Assembly: GCA_043228905.1 (NCBI GenBank)
Contig: JBHGNT010000006.1
Span: forward strand, 682,001 to 746,000
Direction: 5' to 3'
Origin: Azolla caroliniana
Lineage: Eukaryota > Plantae > Polypodiophyta
Length of the DNA: 64,000 nt
Below, piece by piece: positions 12,718 to 25,970 of this stretch. Position numbers and translations under genes: made by a program. The notes beneath the pieces were generated by a model. It saw nothing but the letters and a program-made list of their open reading frames with translations, searched no databases and was not told the origin of the DNA. Within the stretch, counting starts at the first letter, position 1. The number at the start of each line of letters is the position of its first letter.

Positions 12718-13156
12718 TGTTGAGCAGCAAGCTCAACCGGATCCGGATTGGTTGAATAAGCCTGAGCCGGATCGGCATCCGGAAGGATGAGCCGGATCGG
12801 TGAGCCGGTGAGCAAGTGAACCGGTGAGCTGGGGAGCCAGTTAGCCGGATCCAGCAGTAACCGGAAGCCTAGTAGCAGCCTAGACTACTAAGTAGTTAAT
12901 GACTCGTAGTTAGCGTTGGACGCTCATGTGAGCATTGAAGTACACCGTACTTCTGTCAGTCCTCTTAGGACTTCTATAAATAGTGTTGTTGAGCATGTTG
13001 TATATGCAAAGAATTTTTACAAAGTTGTTGATAATAGATTTATGTTGTTCTTCTCTTTCTCTGTCTCTCCCGCATACTGTGTACATTCAAGCTCTCCATT
13101 AAACTTGCATTTCTGTGTTTGGTTTTCTATTGCTTCCGCACGCTATTCCGTTTTCA
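12718..13156 (+). repeat. Complete 3' LTR of the outer Copia (439 bp)
   Basis: TG...CA termini, preceded by the PPT and followed by the TSD; internal TATA (CTATAAATA ~12974). Confidence 0.9.
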
Positions 13157-13193
13157 ATATTCAATCTCGGAACTTGTATAAATACTTGTAACA

Positions 13194-14620
13194 TCGGTCC
13201 CTTTCAAGGGATTCAACACCAATCATTGACACATCAATCTAGTATTCTCATTTCACCTCATCTTTGTCTCCTTAATCTTTATTTCTTTCTTCATGCCCTC
13301 ATGTCGCTCACAACATCTAGAGTTCCTAGTCTTGTCACATCTAGCTCCAAGTTCATCCATCGCTCGTAGCCCCATCATCTGTTTTCCACGTCCTAGTTCG
13401 CGCTTGGTGTGTCTGTGACATTATCAAACCTAATATTGAAAGGTTTTGTCCCTTGATTCAGATTGTTTATATTGTGACCCTCGCTACGGTTTTCCCTTTC
13501 CTTTCAAGTGTTCATAATTATGTGCATGTGATAACCCTATAGGATCCCTAGAGGAACTACCCCTCTCTTGCCCATGATGTTCATACACTTTGACTTTTTG
13601 GTACCTTGGATGATTGACCTTAGAGGCCACCTTAATTCAAGATCAATCCTCATCCCTTAAATCTTGTCGTGTTTCTTCAATATCTTTTTCTTTGTGTTCC
13701 AAAATAACGACACTCTTACCTTTTTCCACATTTCCCCCCTTACTTTTCAGCATCTCATTATCTTTCAGTACATACTCTAGCATTAACACATCACCATGGA
13801 ATTATTAATCACCTCCACTGCCTGTTTTTGTTGACATTCTGCCATGATGTGGCCCAAACCACCACATCGGAAGCAATGACCGACGAATGATCCCCAATGT
13901 AATTGGCAATGGAATGACCTCATCTCTTTAGTTTTTATGTTAAGCCACAAAGGTCTCTTTTTAGCGGTATTCCATAACATACATGTAACTTATATCTATT
14001 ATATGCTTTGGTGTTTGGGGCTACTATCACCTTTCCCAATCGTTACATTGCACCCTGAACTATATGTCGTAAGAAAGAAACTTTACACTCTACTTCCACC
14101 CATATTGGACACTCTTGTTTCAAAATTTCCTAAAACTTGGCTAGTGGTCTCCAAGGGACAACATAGACTAAATTATTATCGTAAAAGACCGGCATACGTG
14201 ATAACAATTTATCCCATTGTTCTTCAGTGCGAAAAATGACCTCAAAAAAAACCCTTGGACCTTTATACACATCTTCCACACTATTTCTACCTACCATTGC
14301 ATTTCGCCATTGCGCCACCCAATGTACCTTGAAAGGATTTTTCCCTATAAAGAAGCAAATAATGCCTCTCTCATGAAACATGGAAAACGCCTTTAAAATT
14401 TCCCTACCTAGCATCTCCACCTCCACTATCTCATCCTATTCTACGTCGTCCATCATATCTATATTGTCCAATAAAATGTCATTGAGTGCTTCATTAGCAA
14501 CTACATGCATTACATCCCAATATTGAGCATTCCTCTCCTCCTCACCTTCTCCCATCACATGTACATATAATTGTTTTGGCATCATATCCATATCCACCAT
14601 ATGTGTATTATTACAACCGG
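13194..14620 (-). pseudogene. Degenerate LINE ORF1 (DUF4283-like domain plus zinc knuckle)
   Basis: ORF 14130..14426 (FFEVIF...VYVVPWRP) and ORF 13783..13980 (CFRCGGLGHIMAEC). Same strand as, and upstream of, the APE fragment at 2050-2950. Confidence 0.7.
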
Positions 14621-15787
14621 AAGCCTATTTAGCCATGAGAACATGGATGTATGTTTAACAAACTTTGAGATAAACATTGAGATTTTATTAACTCAAACAA
14701 GAGAAACATAGATACAACTATTAATGTCCTACAGTGCAAAACTCTACTTTCCACAAAGATGATAAATATCTTGGAGCTGAATATCAAGCAACGAAGATGA
14801 AAATTGCCAACAATAAATATCTTAAGCACTAATCTGTGAAAATGAAAGCCGAGTTGAAAAAAGAATGGGCAAAAGTTGTTAAAGTGTACGGGAGAGTAGA
14901 ACTTGCCCAAAGAAGTATACTAAAACTTCATAATGAAGTAGGAAGATTTCCCTTCTTCAAAAAGCGAGTCATACTATATATAGTGGTTGAATGGACCCCA
15001 ATCTTCCTTGGCAATGTAAATGGCCTACCAAAACAAAGTATGCCACGAATCACGAGTCTTATGCATTGGATTATGTTACTTATCTCCTAAGAGATCAAGA
15101 TATGGAAAAGCAAACAATCATAATCTAGGAATTGAGAGACACCAATAAACGGGACAGAATCAACTTACAATATTTAAGCTTAATGCATTATGTGGTACCC
15201 AAATCTCGTCAAAGAGTTCCTCTTGGGAGACCTCAACACACCAAGTCTCAAAATAGAGACCATGATAATTATGACATGGGAGACCTAGAAATGATACACT
15301 CAATATCCTTAGGAGGCTCTTAAACATTTAGGAGTTCAATTTACTAAGACCTAAATTACACAATATAAAATCAATGTTACGCACATGTTGTATACTTCAT
15401 TTCTAGAAATTTCACGGGGATAGGGGGACAAAGACATTGGCAACCAAATGGAAAGTTTGATTTAAGAAAAAGGGCACAAAAGATATGGCATGTAGGTGGA
15501 AAAAGGCCTATTGGCAATGTAATGACAATATAATTCAATTTAAATCCTTTTGAAACTTCTTCTTCATCATCATCTCTTCAGTTTAGAGCTAGAGCTCTCA
15601 TTCCTTAAAGATTACTCATATTCTTGGCTACTAAATGGTCAAGCCTTACGCATTTCATCTTAAGAACATCCTTGGTTAACTTGTTAATACAAAGGCAACA
15701 AGCATGTCAACCCCCATCTAGAATGGGGAGACATGATAAGTATGCTTAGATCATCAAGGTCATACCAAATTTTAGGAGGGAAGGGGA

Positions 15788-16922
15788 TGTTGAGATATAG
15801 ACACGTAAGAGTATACTACAAGCGTTGGGTTTATGCTCAATTATTATGAGGTAACGATCGAATAAAAGACCACAAAACACACACGATGATACAATAAAGA
15901 TGACACAAGATTTAACATGGAAAAACCCTCAATGAGGGAAACAACCACGGGACAAAGTCCAAAATAATCCACTATCAACAAAGAGGATACAACACAAATA
16001 CAAGCTCTACCTCTAGATACACTAGAGAAAAGTAGAGATATGTTACATGTAGCAAAATACTATGAGCAAAGATGGGTACAATAATCCAAAGAAATGATAA
16101 CTAACTCACAAACATGTGAGTGAAAGACAAGAGAGAATAAAAAACTAGATGATAAAGCCCATAAGTCGAAGTAGTAAGAGTGTAGATCTCACATTGAATA
16201 GTGAATGGAAGGTAGAAGAGTTGAACACCAAACTTGTTGTTTTTCGTTCTCTTTTCTTCACTACCTCTCTCTCTTTTCCACTCTCTCTCCTTCTCACTTT
16301 CTGTCTCGTTTTCTACTTCTTATACGTCTCAAAGAAAACGGTCGTTTTGTTTTGTTTTCCCTCTTTTTTTCTTTACAGACTCACACACCCAAAAAAACTT
16401 TACATTGTCCATTTTCAAAAATAATAAACGGGTAACAGTTACTAAAGAAAGAAACGTTCGTTTTGTTTCTTACTACTACTACTAATAATAACTATTATTA
16501 AAAGAAAAAACCCAAATGGTCACATTAACAATCTCCCCCTCCAGTCACACAAGGAGAAGATTCCTTGTGTCTCAATTCATCTCCATTCCGGCAAGCTTGG
16601 CACATAGCTCAAGCTTCTCCCTTGGAACCACCTTTGTTAGCATATCAACAACATTGTCATCTGTATGAACTTTCTCTAACTGCAACATTTGTTCCTCGAT
16701 TGCCAATCGTAACCAATGATACCTTAAATCGATGTGTTTTGTCTGTGAATGATACATTGTGTTCTTGCTTAGGTCCATTGCACTTTGATTGTCACAAAAA
16801 ACCACATAAATTAACCTTTTCATCCAAAGCATTTCTTTGCCAGCCTCAGTTGCCACTATGTATTTAGCCTCCGTAGTGGACAAGGCAACACACTTTTGAA
16901 ATTTGGATTGCCAGGATATGCT
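15788..16922 (-). mobile_element. Truncated Copia 3' end: RNase H, PPT and 3' LTR
   Basis: RNase H (STTEAKYI...FCDNQSA...TKHIDLRYHW) at 16572..16883; PPT ATCTCCCCCT at 16531-16540; LTR TGTTGAG(15788)...TTAACA(16530). Confidence 0.85.
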
Positions 16923-18904
16923 TTAAACAAGTTCTCATAGCTTTAATGGGAGCATGAACTATCTTAACCATGCGCAGTTGTTCTATTTAGTTTTACTGGG
17001 CTAGTGTTTTTTATGGGTTTTGCTCAAAAGTTTGCACATCTAGCAATTTAAAATCTCGTTGGCGAATAGAGTTCCAAATGGGTAATAGATGTGGTCGTAG
17101 CATGCCTTCTTATCTTGCCATGGCATTGCTTGTTATTACTTTTCTATTACCTTTGGAATTTTGGATATTTGAACATCATTGGTTCAATATTGCCATGACA
17201 TAGTACATAATAGGTATTTCTCATTGGTAGGTGTTGAACAAATAGATGAGAGGATGTGAGTGGATTGGATTGGATGAGAGGCTAAAGAACGAGTGGTCAT
17301 ATTAGTGGAAGATGAGTGGATTGGGTCGGGTAAGAGAGGATAAGGATGATGAGAGAGGATGCAGATTAGTTTAGGTGAGAATGGACTCTTTGAATGAGTG
17401 GGAATGGAGGAGACAAGGAAACACGAGGAAAGATGAGAGGGGATGAGACTCGAGAGAGTAAAAAAACAAGCAAAAGTATAATACCAAGGCTTATCATAAT
17501 TTGGTGTTGATCAAATATGGGGGACACCCTTTTATCCATTTTGACCTCTAAAGCCTTTTGAACACTTCACATCCTCGCAATTTACACAAAATAACCTTCA
17601 ATCATGTGCGTGGTGGGAGTCTATGACACCACCATCTTGTCTATCATACATTCAATGATGATGGTATAGGTCAACAATGTTAGTTGAATGACTTATTCAT
17701 GTATGCGAGGTTCCTGACTTATCTATTTATTACCATTTTAACGGAATTGTTAACATTTCCAAATATTTCAGAGGGGTTTATCTCTGTGTACGAGGGCAGC
17801 TTTTGTCAACATATGGACAATGCATGGATTGATCATTGTTTCTTGGGTGTACCTTTTCCGCGGCCCATGAATCCAATTTCCCACAAGCAACCAAGCTAGA
17901 ACATGGAACTTAACTAACTCCTTGTATAAAAGGGTAGATATATTTGGTCAATGTTGTTTTTTTTCTTTGGGGTGGGGGGGGGGGGGGGGGGGAGGGGGAC
18001 GTGGGCTATTATAATATTGGAATGGAGGGCACTATGTACATATAGAGGGCGTTATGTGGTTGGCTTTCTCACCTATAGATGGCTGGACGGTGTCCATTCC
18101 ATTTTTGGGATCAATTTATTCCCGATTAGTACAGTAGCTTTCTCGAACCAAGTTCACAATCAACAGATAGATACGTATAAAGAATACGAACATGACTCAG
18201 AAGAGGCACGCCTCCTAATTTGGTTTGGTCTGGTAATGAAAGTACATACATATGTATGTATGGACTAGTTGGGGAAAATAATGTAAATGTAGGGCGACAG
18301 GGAAGGGAGGCATTTCCAGGGACCAGAATGTCTACAAAAATGACGAGGGCTACCCACACGCTTATCGGTAATACAAAAAATAAAATAAAAATGGAAACAA
18401 GAATACACACACACATACACACTCACTCACTCACAACTCCTGAGTCCACCTCTCTCATGTTAAACAGTGACACACATACACTGCAAAAAAGTCGTAGCTT
18501 CTTTTTCAGATTAAAAATTGAATGTGTATTTATTATGTAGCATTATATATATATATATATATATACACACACATAGAAGAATTACATACTAAGAAGCACA
18601 GAGACAGAGTTCAGGAAACTGATTATGAATACTGCACAGAGAGCTTCTCCTAAAAACATGGACTTCACGTTACAAAACCAGATAGAGCGTTAATAATAAT
18701 AATAAAAGAAAAGTACGCGTGGGCGTGATATTGTGGGATGGGATGGGATGGGAAAAACAGAGAGGGTAGGGTGTACATGAAGAAGCTGATAATGAATGAT
18801 GATGGAAGGAATAGATTGGTGAGTGAGTATGTAATTAGGAGGTATTAGGTGGTGGTGGTGGTGGATCGATCATTGCATGAAAGGGTGGGTCGTGGCCTTA
18901 TAAT

Positions 18905-20416
18905 TTATTGCTGGTCATCCTCCTCCTGGTCAAGGTCGGCAAGGGAGACGGGCATGTGGGCAATAGAGTCATCCCAGCAGGTGGAGATGCTGCTGGGGAT
19001 GGTGTAGAGCGCCCTCAAGACGGCGCTGTTGCATTTGAAGCCGCTGCCCAGCCCGATCTGCCACACCCGGTTCCCCTTCTTTATCCTGCCCTTGGCTTCC
19101 TCGTACGACAGCTCGTACCAGACGGAGGAGGAGGAGATGTTGCCGTAGCGGTACAGCGTCATGTGAGACGGCTCGCTCATGGCCAAAGGGAGGTCCAACG
19201 CCGCCTCCATGGCTCGGATGACCGCCTTCCCACCCGCGTGGATGCACACGTTGTCGAAGGCGTCCTTGAACTTGGGTACGTACGATGCCTCCTGCTGCTG
19301 CTGCTGCTGCTGTACGGCGCCGCCCTTTCCCTTGCCCTTCGTTTTCTTCATCTTCTGCTGCTGCTTCAGAAGGCTGAGCCTCCGAGACAGGAGGTTGGCA
19401 TAGTACAAGGCGATCTCCCTCAGCGGAAGCACCTTGGGGCCCAGCAACCTCATGTTGTGCTCCAGCGCCAGGGCGGCGCAGCGCATGAGGTCTTTGGACA
19501 GCCCCACGCCGACGACGCCCTGCTTGTCCTCCTCCTGGAAGACGCAGTGGTAGGCGTTGTCGTCGGCGCCCATGTGGGAGCGGGCGGTGTGCACGATCTC
19601 GTACTTGGAGCGGCGGCGGTGGGAGCGGCGGTTGGAGAGGAGGACGGCGGAGCCCCCGACGCGGAAGATGCAGTTGGTGACGAGCATGGAGCGGTCGTTG
19701 CCGTGGTACCAGGAGCGGGTGAGGTTCTCGGTGCTGAGGACGAGGGCGTAGGCGCAGGAGCGCGGGTTGGCGAGGAGGACGCTGCGGGCGAGGTCCAGGG
19801 CGAGGATGCCGGCGGAGCAGCCCATGCCGGAGAGGTTGAAGGACTTGACGTGGGGGCCAAGCCCATAGCGGTTGACGACCATGGACGTGATGGAGGGGGA
19901 AGGGGAGAAGACGGAGCAGTTGGAGACGAGGACGTCGATTTGGGAAGGGTGGAAGGGGGAGGGGGAAGGGCGGAGGCGGAGGCGGGAGAGGAGCTCGTCG
20001 ATGGCGCCGAAGAGGACGTCGTGGCACTCGTGGCGTTCGTGGGAGATGGAGATGCGGGGGGGCAGGAAGTGCAGGGATTGGGGGAGGGCCGTCAGCTGGC
20101 TCACGCCGGAGCGGGACAGGATCTTGCGCTGGAAGTCCAGGCTCTTGGCGTCGAAGGAGCCAGAGAGGCGGGAGTACTCCATGAAGCAGGAGAAGGGCGT
20201 CCGGTTCATTGGGGGCGGCCGGTAGCAGCCGTAGTCCACAATGTACACACGCCTCCTCCCTATCATCAACCAGACCACGGCTGTGGCTGTCGTTATCACC
20301 GTCACCATCATCATCGCTGCCGTGGTGGGTACAACGTCGTCCTTCATCATCAGTTGCCCAACCCTCGCCGCCGCCGCCGCCGCCATGAGAAGTGGTAGAA
20401 ATGCCATCATGTACAT
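18905..20416 (-). CDS. KCS: 3-ketoacyl-CoA synthase (FAE1/CUT1-like very-long-chain fatty acid elongase condensing enzyme), intronless
   Basis: Motifs VYIVDYGCY, FNLSGMGCSAG (catalytic Cys), CIHAGGKAVI (His), YGNISSSSVWYELSY (Asn) and GSGFKCNSAV, with N-terminal hydrophobic segments. First in-frame ATG is at 20416; the ORF track start at 20422 is a GTG. Confidence 0.96.
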   Translation of the reverse strand: MYMMAFLPLLMAAAAAARVGQLMMKDDVVPTTAAMMMVTVITTATAVVWLMIGRRRVYIVDYGCYRPPPMNRTPFSCFMEYSRLSGSFDAKSLDFQRKILSRSGVSQLTALPQSLHFLPPRISISHERHECHDVLFGAIDELLSRLRLRPSPSPFHPSQIDVLVSNCSVFSPSPSITSMVVNRYGLGPHVKSFNLSGMGCSAGILALDLARSVLLANPRSCAYALVLSTENLTRSWYHGNDRSMLVTNCIFRVGGSAVLLSNRRSHRRRSKYEIVHTARSHMGADDNAYHCVFQEEDKQGVVGVGLSKDLMRCAALALEHNMRLLGPKVLPLREIALYYANLLSRRLSLLKQQQKMKKTKGKGKGGAVQQQQQQQEASYVPKFKDAFDNVCIHAGGKAVIRAMEAALDLPLAMSEPSHMTLYRYGNISSSSVWYELSYEEAKGRIKKGNRVWQIGLGSGFKCNSAVLRALYTIPSSISTCWDDSIAHMPVSLADLDQEEDDQQ

Positions 20417-23400
20417 ACACACGTACTTACGGAGTGTCTATTATTACCACCGTGCGCACTTCCTCCAGTCTAGTCGACTCGCTTAGTACACACAGCAGAG
20501 AGTGACAAGCACGGCAATAAATATCACATCAGTTACTTATTATATTATATGTACATACTTGGTTGACTTAGGTCCTACTCTTTCTCCTGTTAACATACAT
20601 ACATACATACTACCGCTGCTAGTTTGGGTACATATTCCTCTGTTACATACATATGATGATGATATACATATGTGTTGTATCAGCATGTATGTCTCTCCCT
20701 ACCTGCCTACGACATTGTGTAGTGGTTGGTGTTTACTCGTATCGTTGTAGCGTTGCTACTGATTTATATGTTGGTTTTGTTGATCGATTCAATTTGTATG
20801 TATTTCTGACACTGACTGCATTCAATGTGCTTGCTGTTCTGCTCCTTTCTCTTTCTCATTCATACGACGACGACTACCACCTACTCCTCTTTGCGTGTAT
20901 ATATATTATATAATATGTATATACATACATATACCATGTGTGTGTGTGTGTGTGAATCGTAATGTACGCGCGCGCGTCTGTGCATGTGCATGTGTGTTTG
21001 TGTGTGTTTTTGGTCCTCTAGGGTTAGAAATAATATATATACATACACAATTAACACCACCACCATATTTATTGTTAGGCTTCTTATCGTAAGTAAGTAA
21101 GTGTTGCCGTTATTGCTCGTAAATCGTTGGTTTTTTTGTAGAATCGCAAGTGTGAATGGAACTAACTTCCAAGGTAAAATGAATGATCCCCCCCCCCCTC
21201 CCCCCAAACACCAAAAGAAAAAAATACAAATACAAAATAATAAACCCCAACCGCGAAGGTTCATATGTACCTAAGGGTATGTTCACTTGCCAACCTCATA
21301 ACTCTTTCTCCCAAGTTCTCAACCAAGATTGTTGAAATGTATGAAGCATAGTACGTAAAATTCGTGTTCGCCTAGCATAACATTCGTTTTCCTACGTTGG
21401 AAAACGAATGCAAACGTTATTCAAACATTCTTTCTTTCTTTTTCCATTTTTTAGGCTTATTTACCTCATAAAAAATAGTTAATCCAAAAGTATGGTACGT
21501 ATGGTTCATACTATGGTATGAAGTAGTAGACTTGAATCTTGATTCTGTGCACACATCATTGATGGGCCTTAAATGAACACATAAGTTATACATGCACATC
21601 ATTTATATATATAATATACATAGTTTCTCATGGATAATAAGCAAAAGGCCAAATGGCTTCCTTTGGAATTTCATCACATATAACATAATGGATGATGAAA
21701 ATCCGAAATTAAGCCAAACGGGTTTTCATCAAGTTGACCTCTCTCAGGCTTTTCTGGGGCTTTTCTCCTAGAGATATATCCCTTTATTACCTTTCAGTTT
21801 TCTTGGCAATTGATTGTGCCCCAATATCTTTGTCATCCTTTACAGTCTTCTAAATTGATGCATTATATCTCATCAATTTGTTTGCTTATAGATTTATGAA
21901 TGAGTTTCTTTCTTTGTTTCAGTTGTGTTGTAAATTGATCCCCTTTGACATTTCAATCACAATTGTCTACAAAGTGTTAATATCGTCTACTATAAATAAA
22001 TTGCGGTACACTGAGTTTTTTTCTTGTCTACTTATCTTATTCGATGTTTCAACATATGTTACCAAATATGTCGCACACCTACACATAGCAAAAGTTGAAA
22101 GCTAGGTAAGATGCCATGATGTGTGATGGAGGAGCTTTCTTAGCCATTTCATCGATAACATTTACATGTCAAGGTTCACAATTAAAATAAAATATCTCAT
22201 ATATAAATTAAAGGGGAAATATAAAACATATCTTGTTCATATTGAAAATATTATAGTTTATTTATAATCACCTATAATTAATCAAAAATTTCTCTTTACT
22301 CTTCACTTTCAAATCACATGTTACTATCTTACCTCCGTTTCTCTTCTCTCCCTCCCTTGTTTTTTTGTGAAAACACACAATTAATAGATATGAAAAAAAC
22401 ACTACAATGGTGCCACGGCCCACAACCAAGTGGTGTCTCTACTACACATTTAGTGGGACATGTTGAGTTGCCAACAAGCAATGACAAACACAGAGGAAAG
22501 AATTTGACTTGATTCAATAAACAAAACTGCCACATTTATTTCTCTCTCTATATCTCTCTCTCTCTACAGGGACTGCCTTAGAGAAGTTAATATACCTCTT
22601 CTTCTTCTTCTTCTTCTCTCTTTCTCTATCATATTAAGCGTGTGCATACCCTCTCAAATGAAACCTATGATTTGTTATTTTAGAAAGAGAGAAAAGGGCT
22701 AATCATGTAAACTTATGACCGTGACAAGGTGACGTAAAGAGAGTCTGTGCTTTTATAAAAGGAGGGGAAAAGTATGAGAGTGACAAGGTTAATCTTCAAG
22801 AAATATGAGTATAACTTCACATCCATTGAGTGTTGGATGGGGAAGGATGACTTCATTTGGCCTTAAACAAGAACCTCATAGAGAAACCATGTACAAAATG
22901 TTTATAAAAATATAGTGTTTGATCTATTTTTGGATTTAGAGTATTTGTAATACTAGTTACTTAAGTTAATTATGTTCACCTTCGGAGGAATAGTGTGATG
23001 GATCATTGTTTCAAATAGAATAAACTTTTGTATTGATGGTCTAAATATGATCTAATGACTCTAAAAAAAGTGATGACTCATATACCTCATAAAAGTGTAT
23101 TCTACATCACTGTGAACTAACAAAGGGTCATAATTTAAGATTGAACATAGAAAATCTCAATGCAATAGCGTAGTGCTCACAAAGGAATATACTTCTATTA
23201 ACTTTTCTTATCTTAGAAAGAAAGGTCGTAAACACAATGAAACTAGTCACGATTCACACTGCTTTGTAGGATTGTCAATGGCATGTAGACATTTATGACA
23301 ATATCGTGATAGAGGAATAGAGGTAGGGGTTTGTTTGCACATGTGTTGTTTTAAGTTAAGGAAGTAAGAAAGGATGGCCAACAACAATATCTCAATTTTA

Positions 23401-23841
23401 ATGAGAAGGGGAATAGATAAGCATAAGAATGAATATGAAATGCACACAACGCACCTCATGAGCCGGGAGTTATGACTCACACGTCACGAGTCATGAGTGT
23501 CACCAAAATGGACGTTTTGACACTCTAGCCAATATATATTGGGCATTAATGATTCATGAGCATTAGAGAATTGTGAAAGTGTGGAAATTGGTATTAAGAT
23601 GAACCCAAAATTATGATGGAATAAAAAATCAAGATCCAAATTGAGGAATCTGAATTGAATAAAAATGACATAGATTCGTTTGAGATTCTAAAGATTCACT
23701 TAACTTTTTTCACATGCTCCTTTTTTCGAAAATTTACCGTTTCTCACCTACCAAATATTTGAATAAAACCGCATGTCCAAGCTTTTTACTCTTTCTTTGC
23801 CTTCTCTTAAAAACCCACATGACCATATTCAAACTATGAGA

Positions 23842-23874
<33 letters not shown>

Positions 23875-25754
23875 TCCTCCCAATGTTTCCATTGAGAGGA
23901 AAACAAATCTTGTTCTATTTATTCATTTTTCTTTTCATCTATAAAACCTATTTTTTGCCAGAATATCAAAAATTGTTGTTTCATTTCTGTTATTTGAATT
24001 CATGGCTCAATGTTGTTGTGTGGCGAAATATCAAAACTTCTCTCCTAGTTCTGTCCTTTGAGCTCACAAGTCGGGGTGTTTTTCAATATTCAAACATGGT
24101 GAATCTTAATAAACATGAGCTTTTTGCCAAACCCCGCAAGCTTGCATATTTGATATTCTCATCGATAAGTTCCTCTTAAATACCTTCAACAAGATATTAT
24201 GTACATATTGACCATAGAAAAATCGTTTTTTTAGCTAAATTATTTATAAGAATTACAAGTTACAACACCTCTACAAAGTATTAAATCCACATATTGTCGC
24301 ATGAGATTGATTTTTGAGATAAGGTTAAAACATCAAAGCTCTTTGATGCAAAAATGAAAAGTGATTATACATTTAAAATTAATTTAGTTACATTTAGGAT
24401 TTCCAAAATACAATATTTTGAATGGAAGTTTGGAGAAAACACCCTATGAACATACAATGGTATCTTTGTGTTCGACTTGAATTTATCATTGTATCATAAA
24501 AAAGAATGTAGCCTTGACTTATCATACTGACTATTATGATCAAGGACTTAGTTCGGTGGTGGTATTTATGTATATGTTTTGTTTAATGAAAATATGTGTT
24601 ACAATTGTTAACATCTGGTAACCCTATTGCTTATTATTGGCCCTTTAAACAAGATTTGGTGACCACCTTAGGTGGTTGTGGAAATGCGACCAAATATGGG
24701 AGTTTTGTTATTCAATGTTTGAAACTTGGCATTTTGTATCATTCACCTAGTGAGAGAGTCTCTTTCTTTGTCTTTCTCCATCCATTCATACTTTTGTGGC
24801 AATTACATTATTGGCAATGGCTTCTAGGTTTTATGTGCATTCTTGTGTTTCTAATTCCAAAGATGGTACCAATGGCTCATTAATTATTTATCTTTGTATC
24901 CAAATCATTGTGAAACAAGCTTCTTCAATATTGGAGTGTTATACTATATCAATGCACGAGTAAGAAGTTTTAATGTTTCCAAAGAAGATCATTGTGACCT
25001 ATGATGCCACATTGGATGTTTAGAGTATCCTACAAATCAATTTAACTCCATCAAACTTTTGTTTTTAACGTGAAGATGATTAGCATATCCTACTAATTTG
25101 TCAAAATTCATGATCACCTATTGTTTTTAATATCTAAATACCTTTAAACAATGCTTTTTCATTCGTAAATATAGTCATTCTAGGCATTAAATGCGGTCTT
25201 TTGGAACAATGCATAATTTCATGGCATTTACTAGGTCTTATTAAAGACTTAATGGGGCAAAATTGTCAAGAATCAATAGGGTTTATGTTGATGACTTTTT
25301 TGTTGAGTGATGTAGGAATGTTAACAATTCATCTACGAACGACATTTTTTTATAATCTCCTAGTTGTGTTGCAAGTTAATGATTGAAAAAAAAACAACAA
25401 TAGGGGAGGATGAGGATTCACAATGTTGTGAACCAAACATTTTGGAAGATAATGTGGTTATGGTTGTATTCCCAAAAATGGTGGGGATTCAAAACCAAGT
25501 ATTCCATGGAATTTTGTGGAAAACAACCAAAATGCTATTTCTACCGAAGGGGAAGATAGAATTCCTTCATATGTCGTTCATGGAAGGAAATTGTTGTGAC
25601 ATGACGGGTACAATGATAGAATAAAGTGGAAAAGCCATCAAATATATAATTAACGAAAAATGAATAGTCAAATGGTTAAGGTTAATGACTGTGGGGGGAA
25701 AGGTGAAAGCTTCAAATATTAGTTCGTGTGTGAATGGGAGGAATCCACTGGGAA

Positions 25755-25970
25755 CCCTTCAAGGGTTTAATCATTTTTTTAGGGATTCACGGTTTTAAGA
25801 GGAACATAGGAGGGCCCTTATTGTAAATGGACCACGTCAAGGGTTTGATCATTTTTTGGGGGGTTTGACACTTTCGGGAGGAGTATAGGTGGGCATTTAT
25901 TGTAAGTGGGTCATTTCAAGCCTTCAAGGGTTCAATCATTTTTTCAAGGTTTCACGTTTTTAGGAGGAAC
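25755..25970. repeat. Three diverged ~80-bp direct repeats, probably an LTR/TE relic
   Basis: The core CAAGGGTT(T/C)(A/G)ATCATTTTTT recurs at ~25760, ~25838 and ~25925. Confidence 0.55.

Larger units (their letters stand above)
3466..13156 (+). mobile_element. Ty1/Copia LTR retrotransposon, decayed, with a nested insertion
   Basis: 5-bp TSD ATATT at 3461-3465 and 13157-13161. Domains: gag (EKLDRSNYASWSYKM), zinc knuckle CWYCGKKGHKESEC, protease WYVDSGASNHMT, integrase LIHSDVWGP, RT ([25 protein letters not shown]) and RNase H (TKHIEVHYHF). PPT GAGGGGGAG at 12709-12717. Many premature stops. Confidence 0.95.

Noticed and set aside
18908-20420. Long antisense (496 aa) and alternate-frame (483 aa) ORFs overlapping KCS
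   Set aside because: Shadow ORFs expected from extreme GC3 codon bias; no recognisable motifs.
23440-25700. Possible decayed DNA transposon (inverted-repeat-rich start at ~23455-23525, acidic coding-like patch at ~25400)
   Set aside because: No TIR pair, TSD or transposase motif could be established by eye.
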